A stretch of DNA of 64,000 nucleotides from Candidatus Omnitrophica bacterium UBA6253 (GTDB lineage Bacteria > Omnitrophota > Gorgyraeia > Gygaellales > Profunditerraquicolaceae). The position numbers and the translations under genes were made by a program. The stretch's first letter is position 1. Each line of letters starts with the position of its first letter. The stretch spans positions 7,449-71,448 of the forward strand of contig DJVP01000006.1 in NCBI GenBank assembly GCA_002441245.1. The letters run 5' to 3'. This document shows, piece after piece, positions 49,617-58,975 of the stretch. The notes below the pieces were generated by a model. That model made no database searches. It was not told the DNA's origin and was given only the letters and a program-made list of their open reading frames with translations.

Positions 49617-51083
49617 TTAAAGGATGAGTTTGGGATTTTTAACCAGAGGATTATTTTTTATGGCTTCAGCTATAACTTGAGGGATTCCTGGTTTGCCCAG
49701 TTTATAATACATGTAATTCTTATACCCTTCCACTCCGGGTTGGTCAAAGGCATTTACATTTTGCAGTTCACCTTCAAAGGCAGTAGCCATCTCAAAGAAA
49801 AATAATAAAGCGCCCCAGTTAAACGCATTTACTTCAGGTATTATAATAGTGCAATTTGGCCGGCTCTCTCTTACCAGCGCCCATTCCGTAGCCTCCTGGG
49901 CTAACTGCATAAGCTGGCTAAAACTCTTTCCGGATAAAAGATCATTCTTGCCGGGGATCTTCAAATCTGTTTTAAATTTCTCTACGCGGATAAATGTAAC
50001 TACCTTGTTGTTCTCGCCCTCGACATTATTCTGCTGGATAGAATGCAAATCATTGGTACCGGCTGCAGAGATCGGCGTCCTGCCTTTAGCGAATATACTA
50101 TCCCGGTCATTTGACCAGTTCTCAATTCCGTCTGCAGATACTGTAATACCGCGATGGTATTTTTTACCGATACTTTCCGCTAAAAGCTGGACATACCAGT
50201 CAGCGGTGGATTTTAACCCCTGAGAAAACGGCATTAATATCGCCAGTGATTTTGCCTTCTTGCGGTACAAGATAACATGTAATAATGCATACATGTAAGC
50301 AGGATTCTTTAAAATATCTTCCTGGCTGCATCTGGCGGAAATTTCCTTGGCTCCGCCAAATAACTCGCTAATATCTATTCCTGTGATTGCCAGATGCAAA
50401 AGCCCCATATTGAACTCTGAAAACCTGCCACCTACGCCTTTTAATAAAGGAAGAGAGCGAAAACTTAAAGAATCTTTTTGCTGCTCTGCGACGGCTCTTT
50501 TATGTAAAGAGCCTGACTCAGGGTCAGTTATGGCTAAAATCTGCCTGCCGTATCTTGCGCCTGCGCCGGCCTTGAGCCAGGCCTCGACAATCATTAACCC
50601 TGCCTTAGTCTCAGTAGTCTCCCCTGATTTGGAGATAACTATGACAAATGTCTTTCTAGGATTGATGTTTTTGAGCAGGGTTTTTAGGGTATCAGGATCC
50701 AGGTTATTGCCTTCAAAATAAACCCGCGGGGATTTTTTCCTTAAAGTTTTAAATTCATTATAATAAGGCAGGCACAATGCATCCTGCGCTGCTTTTAACC
50801 CAAGGTATGAACCGCCGATGCCCAAAAAGACTACATTCTCGTACTTCCCGGAAATCTCCCGGCCAAGCTTTTGGATCCGGGAAATGCTATCTTTATCCTG
50901 CTCCGGCAATTTCGCCCATTCCAGGTTTAATTTAACCCGCGCCTTAGGATTAGAGATAATCTTCTTCAGATGGCCGGCTGCCTTTTGCGCATCAGGCAGG
51001 ATTTCATTGATATCCTCCTGGCTTACGCCATGCTCACCTACGCTGGAATTAAACATATTATTGAAATCAAATTTCAGGCTCAT
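49617..51083 (-). CDS. pgi: Glucose-6-phosphate isomerase
   Basis: PGI family (LGIGGSYLG and conserved C-terminal region). Confidence 0.85.
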   Translation of the reverse strand: MSLKFDFNNMFNSSVGEHGVSQEDINEILPDAQKAAGHLKKIISNPKARVKLNLEWAKLPEQDKDSISRIQKLGREISGKYENVVFLGIGGSYLGLKAAQDALCLPYYNEFKTLRKKSPRVYFEGNNLDPDTLKTLLKNINPRKTFVIVISKSGETTETKAGLMIVEAWLKAGAGARYGRQILAITDPESGSLHKRAVAEQQKDSLSFRSLPLLKGVGGRFSEFNMGLLHLAITGIDISELFGGAKEISARCSQEDILKNPAYMYALLHVILYRKKAKSLAILMPFSQGLKSTADWYVQLLAESIGKKYHRGITVSADGIENWSNDRDSIFAKGRTPISAAGTNDLHSIQQNNVEGENNKVVTFIRVEKFKTDLKIPGKNDLLSGKSFSQLMQLAQEATEWALVRESRPNCTIIIPEVNAFNWGALLFFFEMATAFEGELQNVNAFDQPGVEGYKNYMYYKLGKPGIPQVIAEAIKNNPLVKNPKLIL

Positions 51084-51091
51084 TTAGGCTC

Positions 51092-52123
51092 CTATTTATT
51101 TTTATCTGCCAACTTTAAAATCAATTTCCTGGTATCAGACCAACCTAAGCAGGGATCGGTGATTGACTGGCCGAATACCCTTCCTCCAACTTTCTGCGCG
51201 CCTTCCACCAGGTAACTTTCCACCATCAGGCCCTTTACCGTTTTTCTTAAATCTTTAGACTGGGCTAGACTATTCATTATCTCTTCAGCTATCCTGGGCT
51301 GCTGGGTAAAATCCTTATCGGAGTTAGCGTGGTTAGTATCAACTATAAGCGCCGGATTTGCAAGATTACGTTTTAGATACAACTGGACAAAATGAATCAG
51401 GTCTTCGTAATGATAATTCGGGATGCTTTGACCCTGACGGTTAATCGCGCCGCGAAGGATGCAATGCGCCAGCGGATTGCCGCCAGTTTTTACCTCCCAG
51501 CCATTATAAATAAAGGTATGTTCGCTCTGCGCGGCTTCCACAGAATTCAATAAAACATTCAAATCTCCGCTAGTGGGGTTCTTCATGCCGGCAGGAATAT
51601 CCAGCCCGCTCACTGTCAAGCGGTGCTCCTGGTTCTCCACGGAACGCGCCCCGATTGTAACATAACTTAAAACATCCTCCAGGTATGGATAATTTCCAGG
51701 GTAAAGCATTTCATCCGCGGCGGTTAATCCGGATTCACTAAGCACCCTAAGGTGCATGCGCCGGATAGCCTTGATCCCTCGGGAGATATCCGGGTCGCCT
51801 GAGGCCTTGGGCTGATGCAGCATGCCTTTATACCCTCTGCCGGTTGTGCGGGGTTTATTTGTATAGATACGCGGGATTAAAATTAACCTATCTTTGACTT
51901 TATCCTGAAGTGCAGCAAGGCAGGATACATATTTTGAAAGCGCATCCTCGTTATCAGCCGAACACGGGCCGATGATTAAAAGCAGGCGGCTGTCATCTCC
52001 TTTTACAACATTCAGAATATCCCTATCCCGCGATGCCTTCACTTTCTTTAATTTCGCAGGCATAGGCATAAACTGAAGAATCTCAAGCGGCGTGGGGATT
52101 TTCTGCAGATATTCAAAACTCAT
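51092..52123 (-). CDS. 3-deoxy-7-phosphoheptulonate (DAHP) synthase, class I-alpha (AroG/F/H-like)
   Basis: N-terminal ...DDSRLLLIIGPCS and KPRTT motifs closely resemble enterobacterial AroG. Confidence 0.85.
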   Translation of the reverse strand: MSFEYLQKIPTPLEILQFMPMPAKLKKVKASRDRDILNVVKGDDSRLLLIIGPCSADNEDALSKYVSCLAALQDKVKDRLILIPRIYTNKPRTTGRGYKGMLHQPKASGDPDISRGIKAIRRMHLRVLSESGLTAADEMLYPGNYPYLEDVLSYVTIGARSVENQEHRLTVSGLDIPAGMKNPTSGDLNVLLNSVEAAQSEHTFIYNGWEVKTGGNPLAHCILRGAINRQGQSIPNYHYEDLIHFVQLYLKRNLANPALIVDTNHANSDKDFTQQPRIAEEIMNSLAQSKDLRKTVKGLMVESYLVEGAQKVGGRVFGQSITDPCLGWSDTRKLILKLADKNK

Positions 52124-52126
52124 TTT

Positions 52127-52459
52127 TTAATTATTATTTTTCTGGATGATTTTAATCGTGGTGCGCTGGCCGTCCTTCCAGGGCCAGAGCATGGCAAGGA
52201 TGCTGTCTGCCCCAGTGGCTTTATAATATAACGTCTGGCCGGGCATAATCCCTCCGAGGCCATTGACCGTTTCCTGCACTTTATGCGGCAGCCTGGATTT
52301 TGAAGGAAAAACCGGTTCCCCCATAAAACTCTTTAACTGCAGGTGAAGCTTATCCAGCTCCTGCTGGATAATAACCCCCTCAAAATGATTATCGCAGTCA
52401 GTGCGCAGGTCTTCAAAGTTGAACAGCTTCATATTCCTTCTAAGGGAATTAAAATCCAT
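52127..52459 (-). CDS. Hypothetical 110-aa protein, translationally coupled to the DAHP synthase gene (3-nt gap)
   Basis: No recognisable motif. Confidence 0.35.
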   Translation of the reverse strand: MDFNSLRRNMKLFNFEDLRTDCDNHFEGVIIQQELDKLHLQLKSFMGEPVFPSKSRLPHKVQETVNGLGGIMPGQTLYYKATGADSILAMLWPWKDGQRTTIKIIQKNNN

Positions 52460-52541
52460 GGCATTCTCCTTTGCTGGTATTATAACATAGCTAAATAATA
52501 TTTAAACTCTTTTTTACTTGAAAAAATCCTTGGGTTCTCGC

Positions 52542-52946
52542 TTAAAATTCTTTATATGGCCGCGAAGTCGCCCCGATAAAACGGCTAAGCTGGCCCCGGC
52601 GCTCATCATCAAGCCCCCTGAAACTGACACCTAAACGGAATTCATTGTCATAAGGCAGGCAGGTTCTTACCTCTGCCTCCACCTCAACCGGCTTAACTAT
52701 ATTTACCGAAGCATCCCCCGATCCAAAGAAAATAAATTTAAGAAGTAATGTAGACCAGACAGGAATATGATGTTTCGACATAAAGGCCAGGCCGATTGTG
52801 CTTAAATCCAGGGTAGTGGCCTCTATATCCTTCTCGCCAAACGCAAGCCGCAGCTGTTCGGGGCTGCGTACTTTATACCAAATAGTTAAATTCAAAAGTA
52901 AACGCTGGAACCTGCGCCTGTCTTTACCCCAGTAACGGTTAAACAA
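52542..52946 (-). CDS. Stand-alone PilZ-domain protein (putative c-di-GMP receptor)
   Basis: RRRFQR (RxxxR) and DLSTIG (DxSxxG) motifs. Confidence 0.6.
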   Translation of the reverse strand: MFNRYWGKDRRRFQRLLLNLTIWYKVRSPEQLRLAFGEKDIEATTLDLSTIGLAFMSKHHIPVWSTLLLKFIFFGSGDASVNIVKPVEVEAEVRTCLPYDNEFRLGVSFRGLDDERRGQLSRFIGATSRPYKEF

Positions 52947-53070
52947 GAGGCCTCCTAAAAGAAAAAGCCACGATTATAAAGGCCTTAAGAAAACGCCTTT
53001 ATCGCCGTGGCAGGGCAATTACAGAGTAAGTATATACTATTTTTCGCTAAATTTCAAGTCCGGGGGGGGA

Positions 53071-53508
53071 TTAGATAATTCTTAATAAATTAAGCCCGGT
53101 TTTAGGGTCAATATCCTTGCTGGCCTTTATTCCTTTTAACTCCAGGAGCACCGCCTCAATAACCAAAAATACCTTTGAGTTGCCGCGAATACATCCGGTT
53201 AAGGCTTTATTTTTTTTACCCATACTGCTATGGATATGTATCTGCGGGCCTTTGGAATTTACAAAAATCGTGCCAATGCCCATAACCTCCCAGCCATCCT
53301 TGAAGGTTACCTTATTCGGCTTCGGGGGAATTACCGGTTTCCTGGGCCCAGTAACCAAGTCTCCTTTTCTAAGCGCCCCGATAAAAATCATCGTCGCTGC
53401 CTTAACCCGCTCTCTCTTTATAAAAAGGCTTAGCTTATCAATCAAGATATCGTTATCTTCAAATTTCAGGAGGAAAACCCTGCCGATTGAGCCTTTAGTA
53501 TATTTCAT
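53071..53508 (-). CDS. PPC/DUF296 domain protein (predicted DNA-binding)
   Basis: GRVFLLKFEDNDIL...IFIGAL pattern and a His-rich central motif typical of DUF296. Confidence 0.5.
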   Translation of the reverse strand: MKYTKGSIGRVFLLKFEDNDILIDKLSLFIKRERVKAATMIFIGALRKGDLVTGPRKPVIPPKPNKVTFKDGWEVMGIGTIFVNSKGPQIHIHSSMGKKNKALTGCIRGNSKVFLVIEAVLLELKGIKASKDIDPKTGLNLLRII

Positions 53509-53731
53509 TCTGCAAAAACTTGTAATAATTATCCAAATATTTTAACGATCTTAAGAAGATTGCAGCCAACAAACAGGTAAATATGAGAATAACCACGCTT
53601 ATGACAATTTTCTTCTTCTTAGTAAAACCTGGGTTAACCCAAACCAGGGGAAGCATCAATGGGCCGATAAAGAAAAAAGAAACTGCCAGTGACCAGCTCT
53701 TAAAATACCATTTTTGCCCTTTATTATCCAT
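53495..53731 (-). CDS. Small two-TM membrane protein
   Basis: Two hydrophobic helices; overlaps neighbouring genes by a few nt. Confidence 0.3.
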   Translation of the reverse strand: MDNKGQKWYFKSWSLAVSFFFIGPLMLPLVWVNPGFTKKKKIVISVVILIFTCLLAAIFLRSLKYLDNYYKFLQNEIY

Positions 53732-54114
53732 TATCGTTTTTTCCCGGCGGCTTTAGCCTTTTTCATGCGTGATCTGTGCTCTACGCACAACACATCCGCA
53801 ATAGGAGCGATTTTATCGCCTTCGTAGGGAAATTCTTTACAGGTCACCGGCTTAAGCTCATAATCAACCTTGTGTATCCTGCATAACCCATCGGCATCCT
53901 GGAAAACGCACGGCTCATCTTCATAGCTGGTGCCTACCTTGTACCCGGAAGGAAAATCTTTATCTATTTCCAAATGAAAAAAGTCGCCTTTTATGCCAAG
54001 CGACAATATCTTTTTAGCCTCCTCCAAATCAATCCAGGCTCCAAGCCGGCAGCAATCCGCCTGATTCCGGCACTTAAGACAATCAATAGTATCTGTTTTT
54101 TTCTTGTTTTTCAT
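53731..54114 (-). CDS. YkgJ-family Cys-cluster protein (CxxCxxCC putative Fe/Zn-chelating domain, UPF0153)
   Basis: CLKCRNQADCC ... CVF..DGLCRIH ... CVEH pattern. Confidence 0.55.
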   Translation of the reverse strand: MKNKKKTDTIDCLKCRNQADCCRLGAWIDLEEAKKILSLGIKGDFFHLEIDKDFPSGYKVGTSYEDEPCVFQDADGLCRIHKVDYELKPVTCKEFPYEGDKIAPIADVLCVEHRSRMKKAKAAGKKR

Positions 54115-54122
54115 AAGCCAAA

Positions 54123-54323
54123 TTAGGCAATATGCACATTTACCGCGCGCGGCCCTTTTTCGGATTTTTCAATATCATAGGAAACCGGTTGCTCTTCATT
54201 TAAGGCCTCAAACTTGACATCAACCAAGCTATTCTGGTGGAAGAATACCTCTCTGCCGTCAGTATCGCTGATAAAACCAAACCCTCTGTCGCGAACTAAT
54301 TTCTTGATTTTTCCAGTATTCAT
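54123..54323 (-). CDS. Cold-shock domain protein (start at MNTGKIKK, with AAGGAG Shine-Dalgarno)
   Basis: RGFGFI RNP1-like motif and VFFH RNP2-like motif. Confidence 0.8.
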   Translation of the reverse strand: MNTGKIKKLVRDRGFGFISDTDGREVFFHQNSLVDVKFEALNEEQPVSYDIEKSEKGPRAVNVHIA

Positions 54324-54342
54324 CTTTAGCTCCTTTTTAGAA

Positions 54343-54380
54343 AATAACCTGGCCACTAAAATAGAGGCCAGGTTATTTTT
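54343..54380 (-). terminator. Intrinsic terminator between the two csp genes (stem AACCTGGCC/GGCCAGGTT)
   Basis: 9-bp perfect stem followed by a T-rich tract on the coding strand. Confidence 0.55.
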
Positions 54381-54387
54381 ACCAGTA

Positions 54388-54588
54388 TTAAAGCTTGACT
54401 ACGTTAGTAGCCTGTTCGCCCTTAGGTCCTTTTTCGATGTTGAACTCAACTTCCTGACCCTCAGCCAAAGATTTATAACCCTCACCCTGGATTGCGCTGT
54501 GATGTACAAATACGTCGCTACCGGATTCAGGCGTGATAAACCCAAAACCTTTCTGGTCTGAAAACCACTTTACTTTACCTTTTGCCAT
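54388..54588 (-). CDS. Cold-shock protein (CspA family)
   Basis: [18 protein letters not shown]...VFVHHSAI. Confidence 0.9.
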   Translation of the reverse strand: MAKGKVKWFSDQKGFGFITPESGSDVFVHHSAIQGEGYKSLAEGQEVEFNIEKGPKGEQATNVVKL

Positions 54589-54636
54589 TATTTACTACCC
54601 CCTTCCTTAGAAATTTTTAGTAAATAACGGCAGAAA

Positions 54637-54674
54637 CAAAAAACCGCAAAGGTTAGTTTTTAAACCTCGCGGCC
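54637..54674 (-). promoter_or_regulatory. Terminator-like hairpin plus U6 inside the csp 5' UTR (candidate attenuator/thermosensor)
   Basis: On the coding strand: CCGCGAGGTT-loop-AACCTTTGCGG then TTTTTT, about 50 nt upstream of the start codon. Confidence 0.35.
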
Positions 54675-54710
54675 TACAAACCTCTAATCCCTTATTCACT
54701 ACTTGGGTTG

Positions 54711-54738
54711 AGTATAACACATTTTTGCTATTTGTCCA
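54711..54738 (-). promoter_or_regulatory. Sigma70-like promoter TGGACA-N16-TATACT driving csp with a ~120-nt leader
   Basis: Hexamers seen on the minus strand. Confidence 0.4.
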
Positions 54739-54755
54739 GTAATAATATGACTTTT

Positions 54756-55181
54756 TTAAATGCGGTCAGGGATATCCAGCTTGCTGCCACCTTTGGCTTC
54801 TCTTACATAAAGAGGGACGCTAGCCTCAACCCTGCCATCAACCAATATATTAACCACATAATCACCGGGTTGGCCAAAGGTGACGTTTTGGCCATTAAGC
54901 GCAAAAGAAAAAGACGCCTCGGGCACCGGGCTTTGCGGAAACTGAAAGTTTATTTTTATATCGCTATTCATTAATTTCTGCCCATCGGCGTCGGCTAAAG
55001 AGATATTTAATTTATGTTCTCCCGCCTCCAGTCTGTTAATCAGCAGGCGTAAAGCAACGCTCATGCGCGGTATTACATACGGAAATTTATCGACATTAAT
55101 ACTATCAAATGCCCTGCATAAAGACAGGCACCCATTTTCAACCCAGGCATGATCCGCAACAGCCGCAACCAAGACCTTCAT
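54756..55181 (-). CDS. Hypothetical 141-aa protein downstream of the HD-GYP gene
   Basis: No recognisable motif; 13-nt gap to the HD-GYP gene. Confidence 0.35.
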   Translation of the reverse strand: MKVLVAAVADHAWVENGCLSLCRAFDSINVDKFPYVIPRMSVALRLLINRLEAGEHKLNISLADADGQKLMNSDIKINFQFPQSPVPEASFSFALNGQNVTFGQPGDYVVNILVDGRVEASVPLYVREAKGGSKLDIPDRI

Positions 55182-55194
55182 ATTCAGCTCCTTT

Positions 55195-56589
55195 TTACTC
55201 TAATACCTTAATAATCGCCTGGACAACCGCGGGATTAAACTGAGTCCCGGAACCGGCCTTTATTTTCTCCAGCGCCTCTTCCTTAGCCATCGCCGCATGA
55301 TAAGAACGGGAAGAAGTCATCGCATCATAGGCATCCGCAACCGAAACAATCTGGGCGGAAATAGTAGTATCGTCAGCCTTCAGCCCATCGGGATAGCCTG
55401 AGCCATCATAGCGCTCATGGTGCGACCTGATAACAGAAAGCATCTGTGGATCCAGGAATACAGGTTTCAATATCTCCTCCCCCACCTCAGGATGTTTACG
55501 CACAAGATCCCATTCCCCTTCAGATAAACTGCTTTTCTTATTCAAGATGTCATCGTGGATACCCAATTTACCTATATCATGCATCTGCGCTGCTTTTTTT
55601 AATAATTCCGCTTCTTTAGGTGCAATACCCATCTTAATCGCAATATTATAGGATAACTCGCTGACCCTATCTGAATGGCCGCGTGTATACGGGTCTTTTG
55701 CTTCCAGGCTGCGTACCATAGCCTGTACCATACGGTAAAAATAATCATGTAATTTCTCACGGGCATCCGCAAGGCTGGCGGCCATATCATTAAAAGACAA
55801 GGCAAGCTGCCCAATCTCATCCTGGGATGGAACTTTTACCCGGTAATTCAGGTCGCCTTCTGCTATATGTCTTGTGCCATCGATCAGTTTTTTAACCGGA
55901 GAAATTATCCTTATCGAAAATATAGAACCCAGGAGCAGGGAAAAAACAATCCCCATCAACAAAACAAAAATCCCCCTGTGTAACAGGCCTTTTTCAGCAA
56001 GATAAACATCTCCGGCATCTATATCTATGCCCAGTATAGCAACAGGCAGGTTATCCTTATCAAGAATAGGGGCATAACCCGAGAGGGTCTTGCCCCATTC
56101 ATCAACAACAAGCTTAGTATCCGCGCTCGGGCCGTTAAAAGCTTTAAGCATTTCCGGGAAACGCTGGGCATTATATTTATCTCCCGGATAAGAAGTCAGT
56201 CCGGTCCTGACAGTTTTAGGCATAAGCACATCAGGGTCAACCACAAACTGATAAATACCCGGCTTATCTGTTTTAGTCATTATGTAAAGATCTTTGATCA
56301 TCGGATTAGTCCGCTTTATTCTTAACAACTGTGAGGCGATAATCCCAAAAGAAGGCGTATCTACCCCTCCAGGATCCAGGGGGATATTTTTCAGTTCATC
56401 TCCATTTAAAGAAAGTACGGCAGTTTGCGCGATTACCTTAAGCCTATCCCTCAGCTGGCTAAACTGCGATTTCAGGCTGAACTCTAAAAGAATATAATTA
56501 CTCAGGACCGCCACAAATAACAGGGAAAGAATAAAAGATAACGCCACCTTTACGTAAAAACTTTTAGAAAACGGGCTTTTCCTTTTCAT
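55195..56589 (-). CDS. Membrane-anchored HD-GYP phosphodiesterase with periplasmic sensor and HAMP-like region
   Basis: Two TM helices; MHDIGK (HD) and HHERYDGSGYP (GYP) motifs. Confidence 0.8.
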   Translation of the reverse strand: MKRKSPFSKSFYVKVALSFILSLLFVAVLSNYILLEFSLKSQFSQLRDRLKVIAQTAVLSLNGDELKNIPLDPGGVDTPSFGIIASQLLRIKRTNPMIKDLYIMTKTDKPGIYQFVVDPDVLMPKTVRTGLTSYPGDKYNAQRFPEMLKAFNGPSADTKLVVDEWGKTLSGYAPILDKDNLPVAILGIDIDAGDVYLAEKGLLHRGIFVLLMGIVFSLLLGSIFSIRIISPVKKLIDGTRHIAEGDLNYRVKVPSQDEIGQLALSFNDMAASLADAREKLHDYFYRMVQAMVRSLEAKDPYTRGHSDRVSELSYNIAIKMGIAPKEAELLKKAAQMHDIGKLGIHDDILNKKSSLSEGEWDLVRKHPEVGEEILKPVFLDPQMLSVIRSHHERYDGSGYPDGLKADDTTISAQIVSVADAYDAMTSSRSYHAAMAKEEALEKIKAGSGTQFNPAVVQAIIKVLE

Positions 56590-56601
56590 ATTTACCTGCT
56601 G

Positions 56602-57015
56602 CTACTTAATTACCTCAAAAGAATTAAAGCTCCTGTCGCTTTTAAACCCGGAATACGAAACCTGGATTAATGACCATGTGTAAACCTGTCCATTCTCAAA
56701 TAAATCCGACTTGATTTTTACAGAAGATGCATCAGATGGCAAATCTTCTTTGTAGATTAAGTTTGCTAAATACATCTTATAGCCTTTATAAATCTTAAAG
56801 ATAAACTTACGCAGCCCCACGACATCAATCCACCATTTAAACTCCAGGCTATCCTTCCCGGTTAAAACAACTGTATCGTTAATAGGATACCTTAGCCTTG
56901 GCTCAGGCAGGCTACTATAGGGGCCGTTGCCATAAATAAAACTAACAGTACCCGCAAAACTTGCCACATTAAAGAACATGATTAAAGATACCGCTATTAT
57001 TGCTGCCCTTTTCAT
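56602..57015 (-). CDS. Secreted hypothetical protein (137 aa)
   Basis: Signal peptide; 12-nt gap to the HD-GYP gene. Confidence 0.35.
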   Translation of the reverse strand: MKRAAIIAVSLIMFFNVASFAGTVSFIYGNGPYSSLPEPRLRYPINDTVVLTGKDSLEFKWWIDVVGLRKFIFKIYKGYKMYLANLIYKEDLPSDASSVKIKSDLFENGQVYTWSLIQVSYSGFKSDRSFNSFEVIK

Positions 57016-57054
57016 AAATATATTATTGCTCCATATATAAAAATCGCTTGTTTT

Positions 57055-57717
57055 TTATAATCTGGCTCCTATGCTTCTGACTAAAATATCCCCGCAACAG
57101 GCTCTGCCGAAATTAGAAATCATGCCGCGCTTTTTTGCAACAAAGGTGACGGTTTTATCCGCTTTTATACAATCTCCCGCCGCTTTCCCAGAGGAAGCAT
57201 CCAAACCTGAAGGGATATCTACCGATAAAACGTACGCTTTTGAAGCATTGATTATATTTATGAGCTCCTGATAGAGATACCTTATCTTGCCCTTAAGCCC
57301 TACGCCTAAAAGGGCATCGATAATCAGGCCGTATTTTTTACCTTTTATCAGAGAAAGATTACCCGGGCTGGCTTGGGTTATTTTCTGCTTTAGGCGCAGG
57401 AGGATATCCAGGTTAACCCTGGCTTCATTCTTAACATCGGCTATTCTACCGGCCAAATAAATATCCGCTCTGATACCGGCTGTCAATAAATGCCTGGCAG
57501 CACAAAGCCCATCTCCGCCATTATTGCCTATGCCGCAAAATATGGCAACCCTTCCTTGCCTGGTTTGCAGGATTTTTAAAGCTTCCTCGCTTACGCTACG
57601 GCCGGCATTTTCCATAAGTAAAAGCACAGGTACCCCAAATTCCTGCACTGCTTTTTTATCCAGCGCCCCGGACTGCGCAGCGGTTAATATCCGCTCGCCT
57701 TGTTTAATTTTGCTCAT
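57055..57717 (-). CDS. NAD(P)H-hydrate epimerase (YjeF N-terminal domain only)
   Basis: [10 protein letters not shown] motif. Confidence 0.75.
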   Translation of the reverse strand: MSKIKQGERILTAAQSGALDKKAVQEFGVPVLLLMENAGRSVSEEALKILQTRQGRVAIFCGIGNNGGDGLCAARHLLTAGIRADIYLAGRIADVKNEARVNLDILLRLKQKITQASPGNLSLIKGKKYGLIIDALLGVGLKGKIRYLYQELINIINASKAYVLSVDIPSGLDASSGKAAGDCIKADKTVTFVAKKRGMISNFGRACCGDILVRSIGARL

Positions 57718-58283
57718 TTATTTTTCTTGCCGATAGAAAATGCATCGCCCAGGCATTTACCTACCCCATAATAGGTACGGCTGGCAGGATTAAAAATCAT
57801 GGGTTTTATTTTCTCAATATCAGGAAACCCTTCTTTTGTTAATCCTTCTTCCTCTACCTTTACATCCTTAATCTGCCCGATAAAGACTGTATGCAGCCCT
57901 ACCTTAACCGCATGCAGCATATAACATTCCAAAACAAGAGGAAACTCTTTGATATAAGGTGCATTCACAAGCTCGCTCTTTACCGGGGTAAGCCCGGTGG
58001 AGGTAAACTTATTTTCTGTCTTGCCTGAAACAATGCCAAAATAATCCACCTCTTTGATGTATGCCTCCGAAGGAATATTTACAGTAAAAGCCTTGTTTTC
58101 CAGGATATTATCATAGGTGTGCGTAGCCTCTCTCAGGGAAACACTAACGCAGGCCGGGTCAGAACAGCATATGCCTCCCCAGGCAGCAACCATGGCATTA
58201 GGCTGATCTTCTTTACCGTAAGTGCCTATAACAAAAACCGGGGTTGGAAAAACAATAGTAATAGCTCCGATAGATTTCTTCAT
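57714..58283 (-). CDS. Flavin reductase-like FMN-binding protein (start at MKKSIG; the longer ORF-track N-terminus is rejected)
   Basis: Flavin_Reduct family pattern ([19 protein letters not shown]...NAMVAAW). Confidence 0.65.
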   Translation of the reverse strand: MKKSIGAITIVFPTPVFVIGTYGKEDQPNAMVAAWGGICCSDPACVSVSLREATHTYDNILENKAFTVNIPSEAYIKEVDYFGIVSGKTENKFTSTGLTPVKSELVNAPYIKEFPLVLECYMLHAVKVGLHTVFIGQIKDVKVEEEGLTKEGFPDIEKIKPMIFNPASRTYYGVGKCLGDAFSIGKKNK

Positions 58284-58296
58284 CCCTTCCTCCTGG

Positions 58297-58869
58297 TTAG
58301 GCGATCCTCCTGCCCAATGCAACCGCCTGTTTATGAATACTGTCTTTATGTTTAATATCTCCGGATTCACCTGCGTTCGGGACAAGCAAAGATACAAATT
58401 TCATGCCGGAGTAATCCGCTGTTATGGAAAATGTTTTCTCAAGGACATCCAACCCGATATCTTCAAAGGCGCTGGCAATTAAAACAAGTGTCTTGCCTTT
58501 CAACGGCGTCTGCATTGTCCCGGCCTGATTATCCCATTTATAAAGAGAAAACATCCTGTCCATAACCAATTTTAGCTGGGAGCTTGCTCCGTAGAAATAT
58601 AACGGGGTGGCCATCACGATCACATCCGCTCCTGCCATTTTCACCAAGACAGGCCTTGCTCCATCATCAATGACACATTCGTATTTGGCCAATTTCTGGC
58701 ATGCCCTGCAGGATGTGCACCCGGTAGATTTATATTTAAGAAAAGCTGTCTGCACAAGTTCAACCTGAGCGCCTCTTGACCGGATACCTTCCATGAGCCA
58801 TTTCACCAAGGTTGCAGTATTCCCTTTTTTTACGGGGCTGCCGGAGAGTATTAATATCTTTTTGGTCAT
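58297..58869 (-). CDS. Flavodoxin-like NADPH-dependent FMN reductase / iron-sulfur flavoprotein
   Basis: [14 protein letters not shown] flavodoxin-like start plus CTSCRAC cysteine motif. Confidence 0.6.
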   Translation of the reverse strand: MTKKILILSGSPVKKGNTATLVKWLMEGIRSRGAQVELVQTAFLKYKSTGCTSCRACQKLAKYECVIDDGARPVLVKMAGADVIVMATPLYFYGASSQLKLVMDRMFSLYKWDNQAGTMQTPLKGKTLVLIASAFEDIGLDVLEKTFSITADYSGMKFVSLLVPNAGESGDIKHKDSIHKQAVALGRRIA

Positions 58870-58889
58870 GGCCTTATTTTACCCCAATA

Positions 58890-58924
58890 AAACAAAAAAC
58901 CCAAGCATAAATTTGCTGGGTTTA
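58890..58924 (-). terminator. Intrinsic terminator downstream of the PilZ gene
   Basis: Stem AACCCA(A)GCA/TGCTGGGTT with one bulge, followed by TTTTTTGTTTT on the coding strand. Confidence 0.5.
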
Positions 58925-58975
58925 AGAATGCTCCCGTTTATTATATTGCGGCTTATTTATGTTGCTGAATGCGCC

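Noticed and set aside
57714-58397. Long 227-aa form of the flavin-reductase ORF overlapping the upstream flavoprotein gene by 100 nt
   Set aside because: The flavin-reductase homology begins at [11 protein letters not shown] (start 58283). The N-terminal extension overlaps the neighbouring gene and looks non-coding.
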